64,000 nt of DNA from an uncultured Candidatus Entotheonella sp. (GTDB lineage Bacteria > Tectomicrobia > Entotheonellia > Entotheonellales > Entotheonellaceae), in the NCBI GenBank assembly GCA_965217185.1, contig OZ244252.1, positions 768,001-832,000 on the forward strand, given 5' to 3'. A model generated the notes under the pieces. That model did not search any database. It was not told the DNA's origin and was given only the letters and a program-made list of their open reading frames with translations. The translations under genes and the position numbers were made by a program. Positions 21,599-31,014 of this stretch are shown in pieces. How positions within the stretch are numbered: the stretch's first letter is position 1; each line of letters begins with the position of its first letter.

Positions 21599-22447
21599 AT
21601 GGCCGAGTATGTTCATCCAGAAGTGTTGGTGAGTACCGAATGGGTTGCCGAGCACCGCAATGACCCATCCGTGCGCATTGTCGAGTCCGATGAGGACATC
21701 CTGCTGTATGAAACCGGGCACATCCCGGGCGCCGTGAAGGTGGACTGGCAAAACGAGCTGCAGGATCAGGTGGTGCGCGACTACGTCAATCAGCAAGCGT
21801 TCGGGAACCTCATCGGCAGCAAGGGCATTTCCAACAACCACACGGTGGTGTTCTACGGCGACAAGAACAACTGGTGGGCCTGCTACGCGCTGTGGGTTTT
21901 CAAAATGTACGGCCACGCCGATTGCCGGGTGATGAACGGCGGGCGGCAGAAATGGATCGACGAAGGCCGCGAGCTAAGCACCGAACGGCCAACCTACGCT
22001 GCCGAGACGTACACGGCATCCGCCCCGAACCTCGGCATCCGCGCCTTCCGCGACGAGGTGACGGAGCACATGAAGGCGGACAAGGATCTGATCGACGTCC
22101 GCTCACCGGCCGAGTACAGCGGCGAGCTCACCCACATGGCAGATTATCCGCAGGAAGGCGCGCTGCGCGGCGGGCATATCCCCGGCGCCGCGAATATCCC
22201 GTGGGGGCAGGCCGTGGCCGCCGATGGCACCTTCAAGCCCGCCGATGAGCTCAAAGCCCTGTATGAGGGCCGGGCCGGCCTCAAACCGGATAGCGACGTA
22301 ATCGCCTACTGCCGAATCGGCGAGCGTTCAAGCCACACGTGGTTTGTTCTCACCTACCTGCTGGGCTACGAGAGCGTCCGCAACTACGATGGCTCGTGGA
22401 CGGAATGGGGCAACTTGGTAGGCGTCCCGATTGACAAGGACGTCTGA
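21599..22447 (+). CDS. tandem-rhodanese sulfurtransferase (SseA/CysA-like)
   Basis: two GHIPGA motifs, active-site [16 protein letters not shown]. Confidence 0.93.
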   Translation: MAEYVHPEVLVSTEWVAEHRNDPSVRIVESDEDILLYETGHIPGAVKVDWQNELQDQVVRDYVNQQAFGNLIGSKGISNNHTVVFYGDKNNWWACYALWVFKMYGHADCRVMNGGRQKWIDEGRELSTERPTYAAETYTASAPNLGIRAFRDEVTEHMKADKDLIDVRSPAEYSGELTHMADYPQEGALRGGHIPGAANIPWGQAVAADGTFKPADELKALYEGRAGLKPDSDVIAYCRIGERSSHTWFVLTYLLGYESVRNYDGSWTEWGNLVGVPIDKDV

Positions 22448-22465
22448 AGAGCGGCAGGATCCTGG

Positions 22466-22500
22466 CGGCGGGGTGGCTTCACGGCGACCCCGCCGTTTTA
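22466..22500 (+). terminator. rho-independent terminator
   Basis: CGGCGGGGT/ACCCCGCCG stem followed by TTTTA. Confidence 0.65.
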
Positions 22501-22571
22501 TATCTTCGTTCACCCCTGGCGCCTACAGCGTCGGGCCTGATACCGCAAGGGGCAGGCGAAGGAACGCAGAT

Positions 22572-22598
22572 AAAGCCGCCTCCGCGCGGCTTTTTGTT
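22572..22598. terminator. probable bidirectional terminator
   Basis: AAAGCCGC..GCGGCTTTTT between convergent genes. Confidence 0.6.
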
Positions 22599-22662
22599 GG
22601 ACGTTTTGCGATTCCCCAGGCAAAACGCCTGGAGGCGCTATGTGATTTGACGTATGTCAACC

Positions 22663-23157
22663 TCAGTCGAAGCGTGCGTCGTTGAGTTGCCAGTAGATGT
22701 TGGTTCCTTGCAACCTGTCATTCAATTCCGCGCAATCGAAGGGCAGTTGTCCATTTTCGTCGCGCACCTTCGGGTCAGCGCCCGCAGCCAACAGCGCTTC
22801 AACCACGGCTGGGTTGCTCTCCCTCGCCGCCATATGAAGCGGGGTCTGGCCGTTACTGGTGCGCGCCTTCGGGTCAGCGCCTGCAGCCAACAGCGCTCCG
22901 ATCACACCAGCGTACTTGCTTTTGCGTGCGGACACATGAAGCGGGGCCGTGCCATCATCCGAGGCACGCGCGTTCGGATCAGCACCCGCAGCCAACAGCA
23001 CGTTGACCGTAGTAGGTTCCTCGCTATTCCATAACACCCAATGAAGCGGGGTCCAGCCTTCGTTGTCGCGCGCGTTCGGGTCAGCGCCCGCTGCCAGACG
23101 AGCGGACACGTCTTCGGGCGTTGCTGATCGAAAATCAAGCGTATTCCACGCCGGCAT
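22663..23157 (-). CDS. ankyrin-repeat protein
   Basis: repeated GxTPLH..LLAAGADPNAR units (about 4); AGGAGG before ATG 23157. Confidence 0.9.
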   Translation of the reverse strand: MPAWNTLDFRSATPEDVSARLAAGADPNARDNEGWTPLHWVLWNSEEPTTVNVLLAAGADPNARASDDGTAPLHVSARKSKYAGVIGALLAAGADPKARTSNGQTPLHMAARESNPAVVEALLAAGADPKVRDENGQLPFDCAELNDRLQGTNIYWQLNDARFD

Positions 23158-23557
23158 ACAGTCCTCCTCTGTGTCGGGGCAACTTCGGATAAGGCCAAGA
23201 AGATACTGAACTTGCACGATTTCGCGCCGGAGGTCTACGACGCGCCCTACCAACGAGCGGAACCGCACGCTTACTCGGCGTTTTCGGGGACAATACCGGT
23301 TTTTCTTCAAGGCGCGTAATGCGGCCCTCAAAGACGCGCAGCACCTGCTGCATGGCATCGTGTTGATGTTGGTTTTCAGCCTGCATGGTGTCGAAACGTC
23401 GGTTCATGTCCGCCTGCAAGACATCAATACATTCGTTCAGGTCGTCGATACGCTCGTTCATGGTGTCCAGCCGTCCGTTCGCCTGATTGAACATGGTCAC
23501 CATGGCGACGAACAACCCAACCAGCAGCACGTTGTTACTGGTTGCCTTCCAGTCCAT
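23135..23557 (-). CDS. small protein with N-terminal TM helix and coiled coil; C-terminus probably frameshifted
   Basis: AAGGAGG RBS; hydrophobic VLLVGLFVAMVTMF followed by RLD/RID/RFD heptads. Confidence 0.65.
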   Translation of the reverse strand: MDWKATSNNVLLVGLFVAMVTMFNQANGRLDTMNERIDDLNECIDVLQADMNRRFDTMQAENQHQHDAMQQVLRVFEGRITRLEEKPVLSPKTPSKRAVPLVGRARRRPPARNRASSVSSWPYPKLPRHRGGLYAGVEYA

Positions 23558-23639
23558 AATGCCCTCCTTTTCCGTCCTGCCCGAAGCCGTGCGGCGATTC
23601 CAACGCTTCCAGGTCACCGAAATCTACCAGCATTTGGCT

Positions 23640-24419
23640 TCAGCACCCCTCTGCAGCCGCCCAGTCGAGAAAAGGGCGAAGCCAAGCCAGCCCCGCTGTC
23701 GTGTCAGCCCGCGGCCGGTATTCACAACCGACCCAACCGGCGTATCCCAGGTCGTCGATCAGATCGAACAGATACGGGTAGTTGATCTCACCGACGTCGG
23801 GTTCGTGACGGCCGGGATGGCCGGCGATCTGGAAATGGTCGATCACCTCAAGGTGGGTTTTGATGGTCTCGGACAGGTTGCCCGTCATGATCTGGCAGTG
23901 GTAGAGATCGAGTTGCAGGAAAAGGTTGTCGTGGCCCACTTGGTCCATGATGCGGCGCGCCTGCGCTGCGGTGTGCAAAAAATAGCCGGGCATGCCGGTG
24001 GTGTTGATCGGCTCGATCAGCAGGTGAACACCGTGGGGTTGCAGGGTTTCCGCCGCCCATCTCAGGTTTCGCACGTAAACGGCCTCGCAATCCGCGCGGT
24101 CCATCTCCGCGGGCGGCGCCCCGGCCATGGCATGCAGGCGCGGGCAGTCCAACGCGCGGGCGTATGTCAAGGCGCGTTCAAGACCGGCGGCGAAGGCTTC
24201 CTCCTGCCCGGGGATGGCCGCCATGCCGTCCGGCGGGAGGTTGCAAAGGACCTGTTGGACGCCGTTGCGCGGTAACAACGACGCTAGATTATCCGGCGGC
24301 ACCTCATAGGGAAAAGGGCACTCGATGCCGCGAAAGCCGGCCTCGGCAGCGGCGGCGTAACGGTCCACGAACGGAACCTCGTTGAACATGAAACCGATGT
24401 TGGCCGAAAAACGTGGCAT
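23640..24419 (-). CDS. hyi: hydroxypyruvate isomerase family protein
   Basis: MPRFSAN, IEPIN, DLYHCQ, PGRHEP, GCEYRP. Confidence 0.85.
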   Translation of the reverse strand: MPRFSANIGFMFNEVPFVDRYAAAAEAGFRGIECPFPYEVPPDNLASLLPRNGVQQVLCNLPPDGMAAIPGQEEAFAAGLERALTYARALDCPRLHAMAGAPPAEMDRADCEAVYVRNLRWAAETLQPHGVHLLIEPINTTGMPGYFLHTAAQARRIMDQVGHDNLFLQLDLYHCQIMTGNLSETIKTHLEVIDHFQIAGHPGRHEPDVGEINYPYLFDLIDDLGYAGWVGCEYRPRADTTAGLAWLRPFLDWAAAEGC

Positions 24420-24444
24420 CCCTGTGGTCTCCCTGTTTGCGCCA

Positions 24445-25326
24445 TCAATTCGGGCGGCGGTGGTTTTGGATGTAGCGATACATCCCGGCGATGTTCATCG
24501 GGAACCAGTTGAGGCGCGGGTTGTCCGATTGATACCCGAACCACTTTTCGTATTTGGGCAGCCGAATCGTCTCCTGCATCTCTTCCAACGACATGCCCGC
24601 CCTGGCGTGTTTCAACACCTCCCGATACAGGTCCCGCATATACTCCCGAAACTGCCTCACGTGGTCCTTGGTTCCCACCCGGCCGTGCCCCGGCACCAGA
24701 ATGTCGAAGTCGAGGCGTTCGACGCGTTCCAGGGAGTCGATCCATTCCTCGATGTAGGCGTCGTGGAAGTCGCGGTACGCCACCGCCTGAACTGGGATGA
24801 AGTCGACGGCAAAGAGGACGCGCTCCTTCGGGAACCGCATGACGATGGAGTTGTCCGAGTGGTTGCGGCCCACGTGGGAAAGTTCCACCGTCGTGCCGCC
24901 CAATTCGATGCTCATGCGGTCGGTAAAGGTGAGGTGCGGGGTAGCCGTGCGGCGCTGCTCGCCCACGATCTTGGCTTTGGCGTGTTCATGCGCCACCACG
25001 GTGGCCGTGTCGGCGAACACCTCGCCGCCGGAGATGTGATCGGGATGCTCGTGGCTGTAGATGAGGTACTTGACGGGCTGGTTGAAGCGCTCTTGCAAAG
25101 CTGTCTTCAACCACTCGGCTGCTTCGGCATTGATGGGGTCGGTGGCGATAATCCCCTCGGGGGTCACCGCGAAGACCGAATAGTGGGCGTTATTGCGGAA
25201 GCGGTACACTTCACCGGCAATCCGTTCGATGTCGCGTTCCGCATCCTGTGCCAGGGTCCAAACGGCGCCAGAGGCCAGAAGCAGAGTGGCCAGAAGGCCG
25301 GTCAGCGTCAATCGGGTCGTTTTCAT
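24445..25326 (-). CDS. secreted metallo-beta-lactamase-fold hydrolase
   Basis: signal peptide; SHEHPDH, H, D and PGHG motifs. Confidence 0.85.
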   Translation of the reverse strand: MKTTRLTLTGLLATLLLASGAVWTLAQDAERDIERIAGEVYRFRNNAHYSVFAVTPEGIIATDPINAEAAEWLKTALQERFNQPVKYLIYSHEHPDHISGGEVFADTATVVAHEHAKAKIVGEQRRTATPHLTFTDRMSIELGGTTVELSHVGRNHSDNSIVMRFPKERVLFAVDFIPVQAVAYRDFHDAYIEEWIDSLERVERLDFDILVPGHGRVGTKDHVRQFREYMRDLYREVLKHARAGMSLEEMQETIRLPKYEKWFGYQSDNPRLNWFPMNIAGMYRYIQNHRRPN

Positions 25327-25344
25327 GCGGCGAACTCCTTCACC

Positions 25345-26208
25345 TTAGTTCATGGCTTCACGAAACTGTCGTATGGCAGCGATATGGGCGTCCGGGGTGG
25401 ATAAACCGGCTCGCATGGTGTTCACGGAGAGGTGGGTTGCACCCAAGCCGCGCCAGGTTTCGGCCAGTCCGGTCCAGGCGTCCGGGCCGCTTTCCGCGAG
25501 GCTGATACGCCCTTCGATGCCGATGCCCGACGGGTCGCGCCCGGCGGCGCGGGCATAATCGTGCATGCGTTCGATGGTCGCGCGTCCGGCGTCGTCCGGC
25601 GCAAATTGCGGGAACCAGCCGTCCGCCAACCGTCCGACTCGCTCGACGACGGCTTCGACGCGCCCGCCCAGCCACAGGGGAATGGGTCGCTGCACGGGCA
25701 GGGGATTGATGCCAGCGTGCGTGATGTTGTGCCAGCGGCCGTGGAAGTCGACGGCCTCCTGCGTCCACAGTGCCCGCAGCACTGCGATTTGTTCCTCACT
25801 GCGCTTGCCGCGGTCGTGAAAATTCTCGTTCAGAGCCTCGTATTCCACGGCGTTCCAGCCGATGCCTACGCCCAGGCGCAACCGCCCATCGCTGAGCACG
25901 TCCACGGCCGCCGCCTGTTTGGCCACCAGCGCCGTCTGCCGCTGCCCCAGAATGATGACCGCCGTTACCAACTCCAACTTCTGGGTTACGGCGGCGAGAT
26001 AGCCGTAAAGCACGAAGGGCTCGTGAAACATGTCGCCCTGCGTGTAGGGGCCTTCCCAATTCTTGTAATACGTGGGGTCGGCGCCCAGGACATGGTCAAA
26101 GACGATCACGTGGGCGTAGCCCAATTCCTCAGCGGCCTGGGCGAAATCGCGCACGCCTTTCGGGTCGGCGCCGATCTCGGTCTGCGGAAAAATGACACCG
26201 AGCTGCAT
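25345..26208 (-). CDS. LLM-class, probably F420-dependent, oxidoreductase
   Basis: FDHV, HEPF, GRLRLGVGIGW; AGGAGG before ATG 26208. Confidence 0.88.
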   Translation of the reverse strand: MQLGVIFPQTEIGADPKGVRDFAQAAEELGYAHVIVFDHVLGADPTYYKNWEGPYTQGDMFHEPFVLYGYLAAVTQKLELVTAVIILGQRQTALVAKQAAAVDVLSDGRLRLGVGIGWNAVEYEALNENFHDRGKRSEEQIAVLRALWTQEAVDFHGRWHNITHAGINPLPVQRPIPLWLGGRVEAVVERVGRLADGWFPQFAPDDAGRATIERMHDYARAAGRDPSGIGIEGRISLAESGPDAWTGLAETWRGLGATHLSVNTMRAGLSTPDAHIAAIRQFREAMN

Positions 26209-26332
26209 CGCTCTCCTCCTGATAACGGGTTGCCAAATGATGGCGGAAGTGGGGAATGGTTGGCGACGCCATTCTGCCACAATGGACCTGATGGTGCTAC
26301 ACGGCTGCGCCTGCCACAGTGCACCGCGGCGG

Positions 26333-26362
26333 TTGACAACCCCTCCGGTGCGCAACTAAAAT
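26333..26362 (+). promoter_or_regulatory. putative sigma70 promoter for cysS
   Basis: TTGACA-18 nt-TAAAAT. Confidence 0.55.
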
Positions 26363-26428
26363 CGCCCAATTGTCGAAGACACCCCCTGCTTGTTTCGATT
26401 CCTCCTCTGCAGAAAGCTAAGCCAGCAC

Positions 26429-27820
26429 ATGTTGTGGTTTTACAATACCCTGACGCGGGAAAAAGACGCCTTTCGGCCGCTCCAACCGGGGAAAGTCAGG
26501 ATGTACACCTGCGGGCCCACGGTGTACAACAGCCCTCACATCGGCAACTATCGCGCTTACGTATTTGAGGACCTCCTGCGCAGGTATCTCAAGTACCGCG
26601 GCTATGACGTCAACCAGGTGATGAATCTGACCGACGTTGATGACAAGACGATCCGCGATTCGCGCCGTGCCGAGATGACCCTGCGGGATTTCACGGCCGT
26701 CCATAAAACGGCCTTTTTTCAGGACCTGCAAACATTAAATATCGAGTCCGCCGAGGTCTATCCCGCCGCCACGGACCACATCCCCGACATGGTCGCCATG
26801 ATTCAGCAGCTCCAAAGTCGTGGCTACACGTATGACGTGGAGGGCTCCATTTATTTCCGTCTCGACCGCTTCCCAAGCTACGGCAAGCTCGCCCACCTCG
26901 ACGCCGAAACTCTGCAAAATGGCGCCAGCGGCAGGGTGGACCGCGATGAATATGCCAAGGACGACGTGCGCGACTTCGCCCTGTGGAAAGCCTGGACCCC
27001 CGAAGACGGTGATGTTTTCTGGGAGACCGAATTGGGCAAGGGACGGCCCGGCTGGCACATCGAGTGCTCGGCCATGTCGATGAAATACCTTGGCACCCAC
27101 TTCGATATTCACACCGGCGGCGAGGACAACATTTTTCCCCACCACGAAAACGAGATCGCCCAGTCCGAGGCCGCCACCGGCGAAACTTTTGTGAATTACT
27201 GGCTGCACTGCCGGCATCTGCTGGTCGACAACATGAAGATGTCCAAGTCTCTGGGCAATTTTTTCACCCTGCGCGACCTCCTCGACCAGGGTTTCAAGCC
27301 CAAGGGCATTCGCTACGCCTTGCTGGCCACGCACTATCGGCAGCCAATGAATTTTACGCTGGACAACCTGCGCGGTGCCGAAACCGGGGTGCAACGGCTG
27401 CTCGACTTCATGGACAACTTGCAGGCGGCCAACGGCAGTGGGTCCGACGTGCAGCCCTTGCTGCAGCAGACGCGAGAGGGCTTTGAAAAGTCCCTCGACG
27501 ACGACCTCAACATCTCGGGCGCCCTCGGCGCCATTTTCCAGATGGTGCGTGACGTCAATCGCATGCGGGCCGACGGTCAGCTCAGTTCGCCCGATGCCCG
27601 ACAGGTGCAGGACCTGATGCATCATTTCGACACCGTTCTCGGCGTTCTCGACGTAGACGAAGCCGCGCACGACGCGGATGTAGAAGGGTTGCTGGCGCAG
27701 CGCCAAGAGGCGCGTAAAAACCGCGATTTTGGCCGTGCGGATGCGCTGCGCGACGCCATTCGGGAACGCGGTTACGTCATTGAAGACACCCCTCATGGCC
27801 CTCGACTCAAGCGGATGTGA
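26429..27820 (+). CDS. cysS: cysteine--tRNA ligase
   Basis: CGPTVY, HIGN, GRPGWHIECSAM, KMSKS. Confidence 0.98.
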   Translation: MLWFYNTLTREKDAFRPLQPGKVRMYTCGPTVYNSPHIGNYRAYVFEDLLRRYLKYRGYDVNQVMNLTDVDDKTIRDSRRAEMTLRDFTAVHKTAFFQDLQTLNIESAEVYPAATDHIPDMVAMIQQLQSRGYTYDVEGSIYFRLDRFPSYGKLAHLDAETLQNGASGRVDRDEYAKDDVRDFALWKAWTPEDGDVFWETELGKGRPGWHIECSAMSMKYLGTHFDIHTGGEDNIFPHHENEIAQSEAATGETFVNYWLHCRHLLVDNMKMSKSLGNFFTLRDLLDQGFKPKGIRYALLATHYRQPMNFTLDNLRGAETGVQRLLDFMDNLQAANGSGSDVQPLLQQTREGFEKSLDDDLNISGALGAIFQMVRDVNRMRADGQLSSPDARQVQDLMHHFDTVLGVLDVDEAAHDADVEGLLAQRQEARKNRDFGRADALRDAIRERGYVIEDTPHGPRLKRM

Positions 27821-28446
27821 GCATGCCCTGTGAGCGTCTCCTGTACGTGATGCGGCACGGGCTTACCGACTGGAACCGATCGAGACGCATTCAGGGCCAT
27901 CTCGATCCGCCCCTCAACGCCACGGGAAGAGCTCAGGCCCGATTGGCTGGCCTACGCTTGGCCCGCATAGGCGCTGCCGCTCTTTACAGCAGCGACTTGC
28001 AACGGGCTTCCGAGACAGCCCGCTTGGTCAGCCGGGCGACCGGTCTGCAGGTCATCCAGAACGTCGGCCTGCGCGAAATCAACTTTGGCGTTTGGCAAGG
28101 TCTGTCGTCGCAGGAGATTCGGCAGCGCCACCCGGACGTGTATGCGGCGCGGCGTGACAATCCTTATGACGTGGCGCCGGCGGGGGCCGAAACGTGGCGG
28201 CAATTCTACGCCCGTGCCGTTCAGACCATGGATGAGATTCTCGTTGCAACGCCAGTGGGTCCGTTGGTGCTGGTGACGCACAGCGGCGTCTGCACGGTGC
28301 TGGGACTGCGGGCTCAGGGGCTTGACTGCACGGGCAGACGCACCTTTGAATCCCACAATTGCGGCATTCACACGATTACCGTCTGCGGCGACCGCTGGCG
28401 TGCGGTGCGGTTCAATGACACGTCCCATCTGGTTTCACCCTCCTGA
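27817..28446 (+). CDS. histidine phosphatase (phosphoglycerate mutase family)
   Basis: RHG.T.WN, SSDLQRA, E.NFG.W, VTHSG. Confidence 0.9.
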   Translation: MSMPCERLLYVMRHGLTDWNRSRRIQGHLDPPLNATGRAQARLAGLRLARIGAAALYSSDLQRASETARLVSRATGLQVIQNVGLREINFGVWQGLSSQEIRQRHPDVYAARRDNPYDVAPAGAETWRQFYARAVQTMDEILVATPVGPLVLVTHSGVCTVLGLRAQGLDCTGRRTFESHNCGIHTITVCGDRWRAVRFNDTSHLVSPS

Positions 28447-28487
28447 TGGACTTCCAATCTGGCAGCGCCGGAAGCGGGTAGGGGAAC

Positions 28488-29111
28488 ATGCTTCGAATCG
28501 CGGTGTTGCTCTCCGGAACAGGTCGCAGTCTGGACAATCTCCAGCAGGAGATCGTCGCGGGTCGCCTGCGCGCCGACATTTCCGTGGTCATCAGCAGCAA
28601 GCCGGAGGCGTATGGTCTGGTACGTACCAGGGCGCACGGCTTGGACGCTGTGGCGGTGTCGCGGCGAGATTATCCCGACCTGGAAGCCTTTAACGCGGCG
28701 ATCAATGCGGTTCTGATGCCGTACGACGTCGGTTTGGTGGTGCTGGCGGGTTTTTTGTCGCTCTACCAGCCGCCGCTGGAACTGGACGGGCGGGTGATGA
28801 ATATCCACCCCGCATTGCTGCCGGCGTTTGGCGGCAAAGGGTTCTACGGCGACCGGGTGCACCAAGCGGTGCTCGATTCGGGCGTGAAGGTGAGCGGCTG
28901 CACGGTCCATTTCGCCGATTCCCGGTACGATCACGGCCCCATTATTTTGCAGACCGCCGTGCCGGTGCTTGATGACGATACGGTGCAGTCCCTGGCTGCG
29001 CGCGTTTTTGCCGCCGAGTGCGAGGCCTATCCGCGGGCCATTCAACTCTTCGCCGACGACCGGTTGCGGCTGGAAGGACGGCGGGTGCGCATCCTGCCTG
29101 ACGGGAACTGA
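28488..29111 (+). CDS. purN: phosphoribosylglycinamide formyltransferase
   Basis: SGTG, NIHPALLP.F.G, GCTVH, DHGPII. Confidence 0.95.
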   Translation: MLRIAVLLSGTGRSLDNLQQEIVAGRLRADISVVISSKPEAYGLVRTRAHGLDAVAVSRRDYPDLEAFNAAINAVLMPYDVGLVVLAGFLSLYQPPLELDGRVMNIHPALLPAFGGKGFYGDRVHQAVLDSGVKVSGCTVHFADSRYDHGPIILQTAVPVLDDDTVQSLAARVFAAECEAYPRAIQLFADDRLRLEGRRVRILPDGN

Positions 29112-29242
29112 CCCCAATAATTTTCTTGAAATCCCGATGGTTGAGTGCCACTATGAGGGCTGCAAATGCAAGTTGCAATAAATGAGCTTTGCGGGTTCTG
29201 TGACGGCGCCCGGCAGCCCTCATCCTACACGAGGAAGTTCCT

Positions 29243-30958
29243 ATGAACGACTTTGAACGTGAGGAAATCGGCGCCCGCTCGGACGACTCGGAACACCTCG
29301 ATTTTTTCCCACCGCATTACCGCGTTGGTCGCACCAAGTTCATCGTCGTCACGGGTGGGGTCATGTCCGGTGTCGGCAAGGGTGTGTGTACGGCTTCGTT
29401 GTCGCACTTGCTGCAACAGCTGGGCTTCAGCGTCACCACGATGAAAATCGACGGCTATCTCAACGTCGATGCTGGTACCCTCAATCCCTATCGTCACGGT
29501 GAAACCTTCGTGCTGGACGACGGCACCGAATGCGACCTCGACCTTGGCACCTACGAGCGCTTCCTCGACACCACCCTGAACCGCCACAACTACATGACCT
29601 CCGGCAAAATCTACGCCCGCATCCTGGCCAAGGAGCGGCGCGGCGAGTACCTCGGACGGGACGTGCAGATCGTGCCCCACGTCACCGGCGAAATTAAATA
29701 CCTCATGCGCCAGAAAGCCCAGGAAGGGCCTTACGACATGGTGCTGGTGGAGATCGGCGGCACCGTCGGCGACATCGAGAACGTGCACTTCATCGAAGCC
29801 GCGCGCGAGCTGATCCGTGACGAAGGGCGCGACAACGTCATGTACATCCACGTCACCATGGTGCCGTGGTCGGAGGCCACCGGCGAGCAGAAGAGCAAGC
29901 CGACTCAGCACAGCATCAAGAAGCTGCTGGAGATGGGCGTGCAGTCGGACATCATCGTGTGCCGGTCGAAGCACGATCTGCAGAGTAAAGTGCGCGAGAA
30001 GATCAGCCTGCACTGCAACGTGCCGATCGATCACGTCATCAGCAGTCCCGACACGGAAAGCGTCTACACCTTGCCGGCGCTCTTCCAGAAGCAGTATTTT
30101 GCGGAAACGACCATCAGCCGGCTGCGATTGAATATGCCGTATCCCGCTGAGGGAGAGAAGCAGGTGCCCTTTGCGCCGTTCGTGCGCCATACCCGCCGTA
30201 AGAATCCGCCGCTCACCATCGCCATGACCGGCAAGTATTCCACCATGAAGGATTCGTACCTCAGCATCACCAACGCCCTGGAGCACACGGAACCCGCTGA
30301 GGGCGTACGTATTGACGTGCGCTTTTTGGACACCACGGATTTCGACAACGCCTCGCCGACGATGCTGAAGGAAAACCTGCACGACGTGCACGGCATTCTG
30401 GTGCCCGGCGGCTATGGGGTGCGCGGCACGGAGGGCATGATTCGCTGCATCCGCTACGCCCGCGAGCGCCAAGTGCCGTACCTGGGCCTGTGCCTCGGTT
30501 TCCAGTTGGCGGCCATCGAGTTTGCGCGCTCGGTGTGCGGCGTGGAAAAGGCCACCAGCACCGAGTTCGATCCCCATACGCAGGAGCCGTTGATCTGCCT
30601 GCTGCCGGAGCAGCAACAGGTGCGCGACCTTGGGGGCACGCAGCGTCTGGGTGGCCATGACGTCGCACTGCTACCGGGCAGTCGGGTGCAGGCCATGTAC
30701 GGCCGCGACATGGTTCGTGAACGGTTTCGCCATCGCTACGAGCTCAACAACGACTACAAGGCGGCTTTTGAGAAATGCGGTGTCGTCTTCTGCGGTATGA
30801 CCCCGGACCAGCGTGTCATGCAGGTTTTCGATTACCCAGCCCACCCGTTCTACGTCGCCACCCAATTTCACCCCGAATTGCTCTCCCGGCCTCTGCGCCC
30901 CCACCCGCTCTTCCTGGCCTTTGTGCAGGCGGCGAAGAAGCACCAAAACCCGTCGTAA
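29243..30958 (+). CDS. pyrG: CTP synthase
   Basis: TGGVMSGVGKG, DLDLG.YERF, KSKPTQHS, GLCLG, HPE. Confidence 0.96.
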   Translation: MNDFEREEIGARSDDSEHLDFFPPHYRVGRTKFIVVTGGVMSGVGKGVCTASLSHLLQQLGFSVTTMKIDGYLNVDAGTLNPYRHGETFVLDDGTECDLDLGTYERFLDTTLNRHNYMTSGKIYARILAKERRGEYLGRDVQIVPHVTGEIKYLMRQKAQEGPYDMVLVEIGGTVGDIENVHFIEAARELIRDEGRDNVMYIHVTMVPWSEATGEQKSKPTQHSIKKLLEMGVQSDIIVCRSKHDLQSKVREKISLHCNVPIDHVISSPDTESVYTLPALFQKQYFAETTISRLRLNMPYPAEGEKQVPFAPFVRHTRRKNPPLTIAMTGKYSTMKDSYLSITNALEHTEPAEGVRIDVRFLDTTDFDNASPTMLKENLHDVHGILVPGGYGVRGTEGMIRCIRYARERQVPYLGLCLGFQLAAIEFARSVCGVEKATSTEFDPHTQEPLICLLPEQQQVRDLGGTQRLGGHDVALLPGSRVQAMYGRDMVRERFRHRYELNNDYKAAFEKCGVVFCGMTPDQRVMQVFDYPAHPFYVATQFHPELLSRPLRPHPLFLAFVQAAKKHQNPS

Positions 30959-31014
30959 TGGCATCTGGTTCGACAAACTTCCGGGTAAGGCTTGAACGCG
31001 CTGCGAGGTAACCC

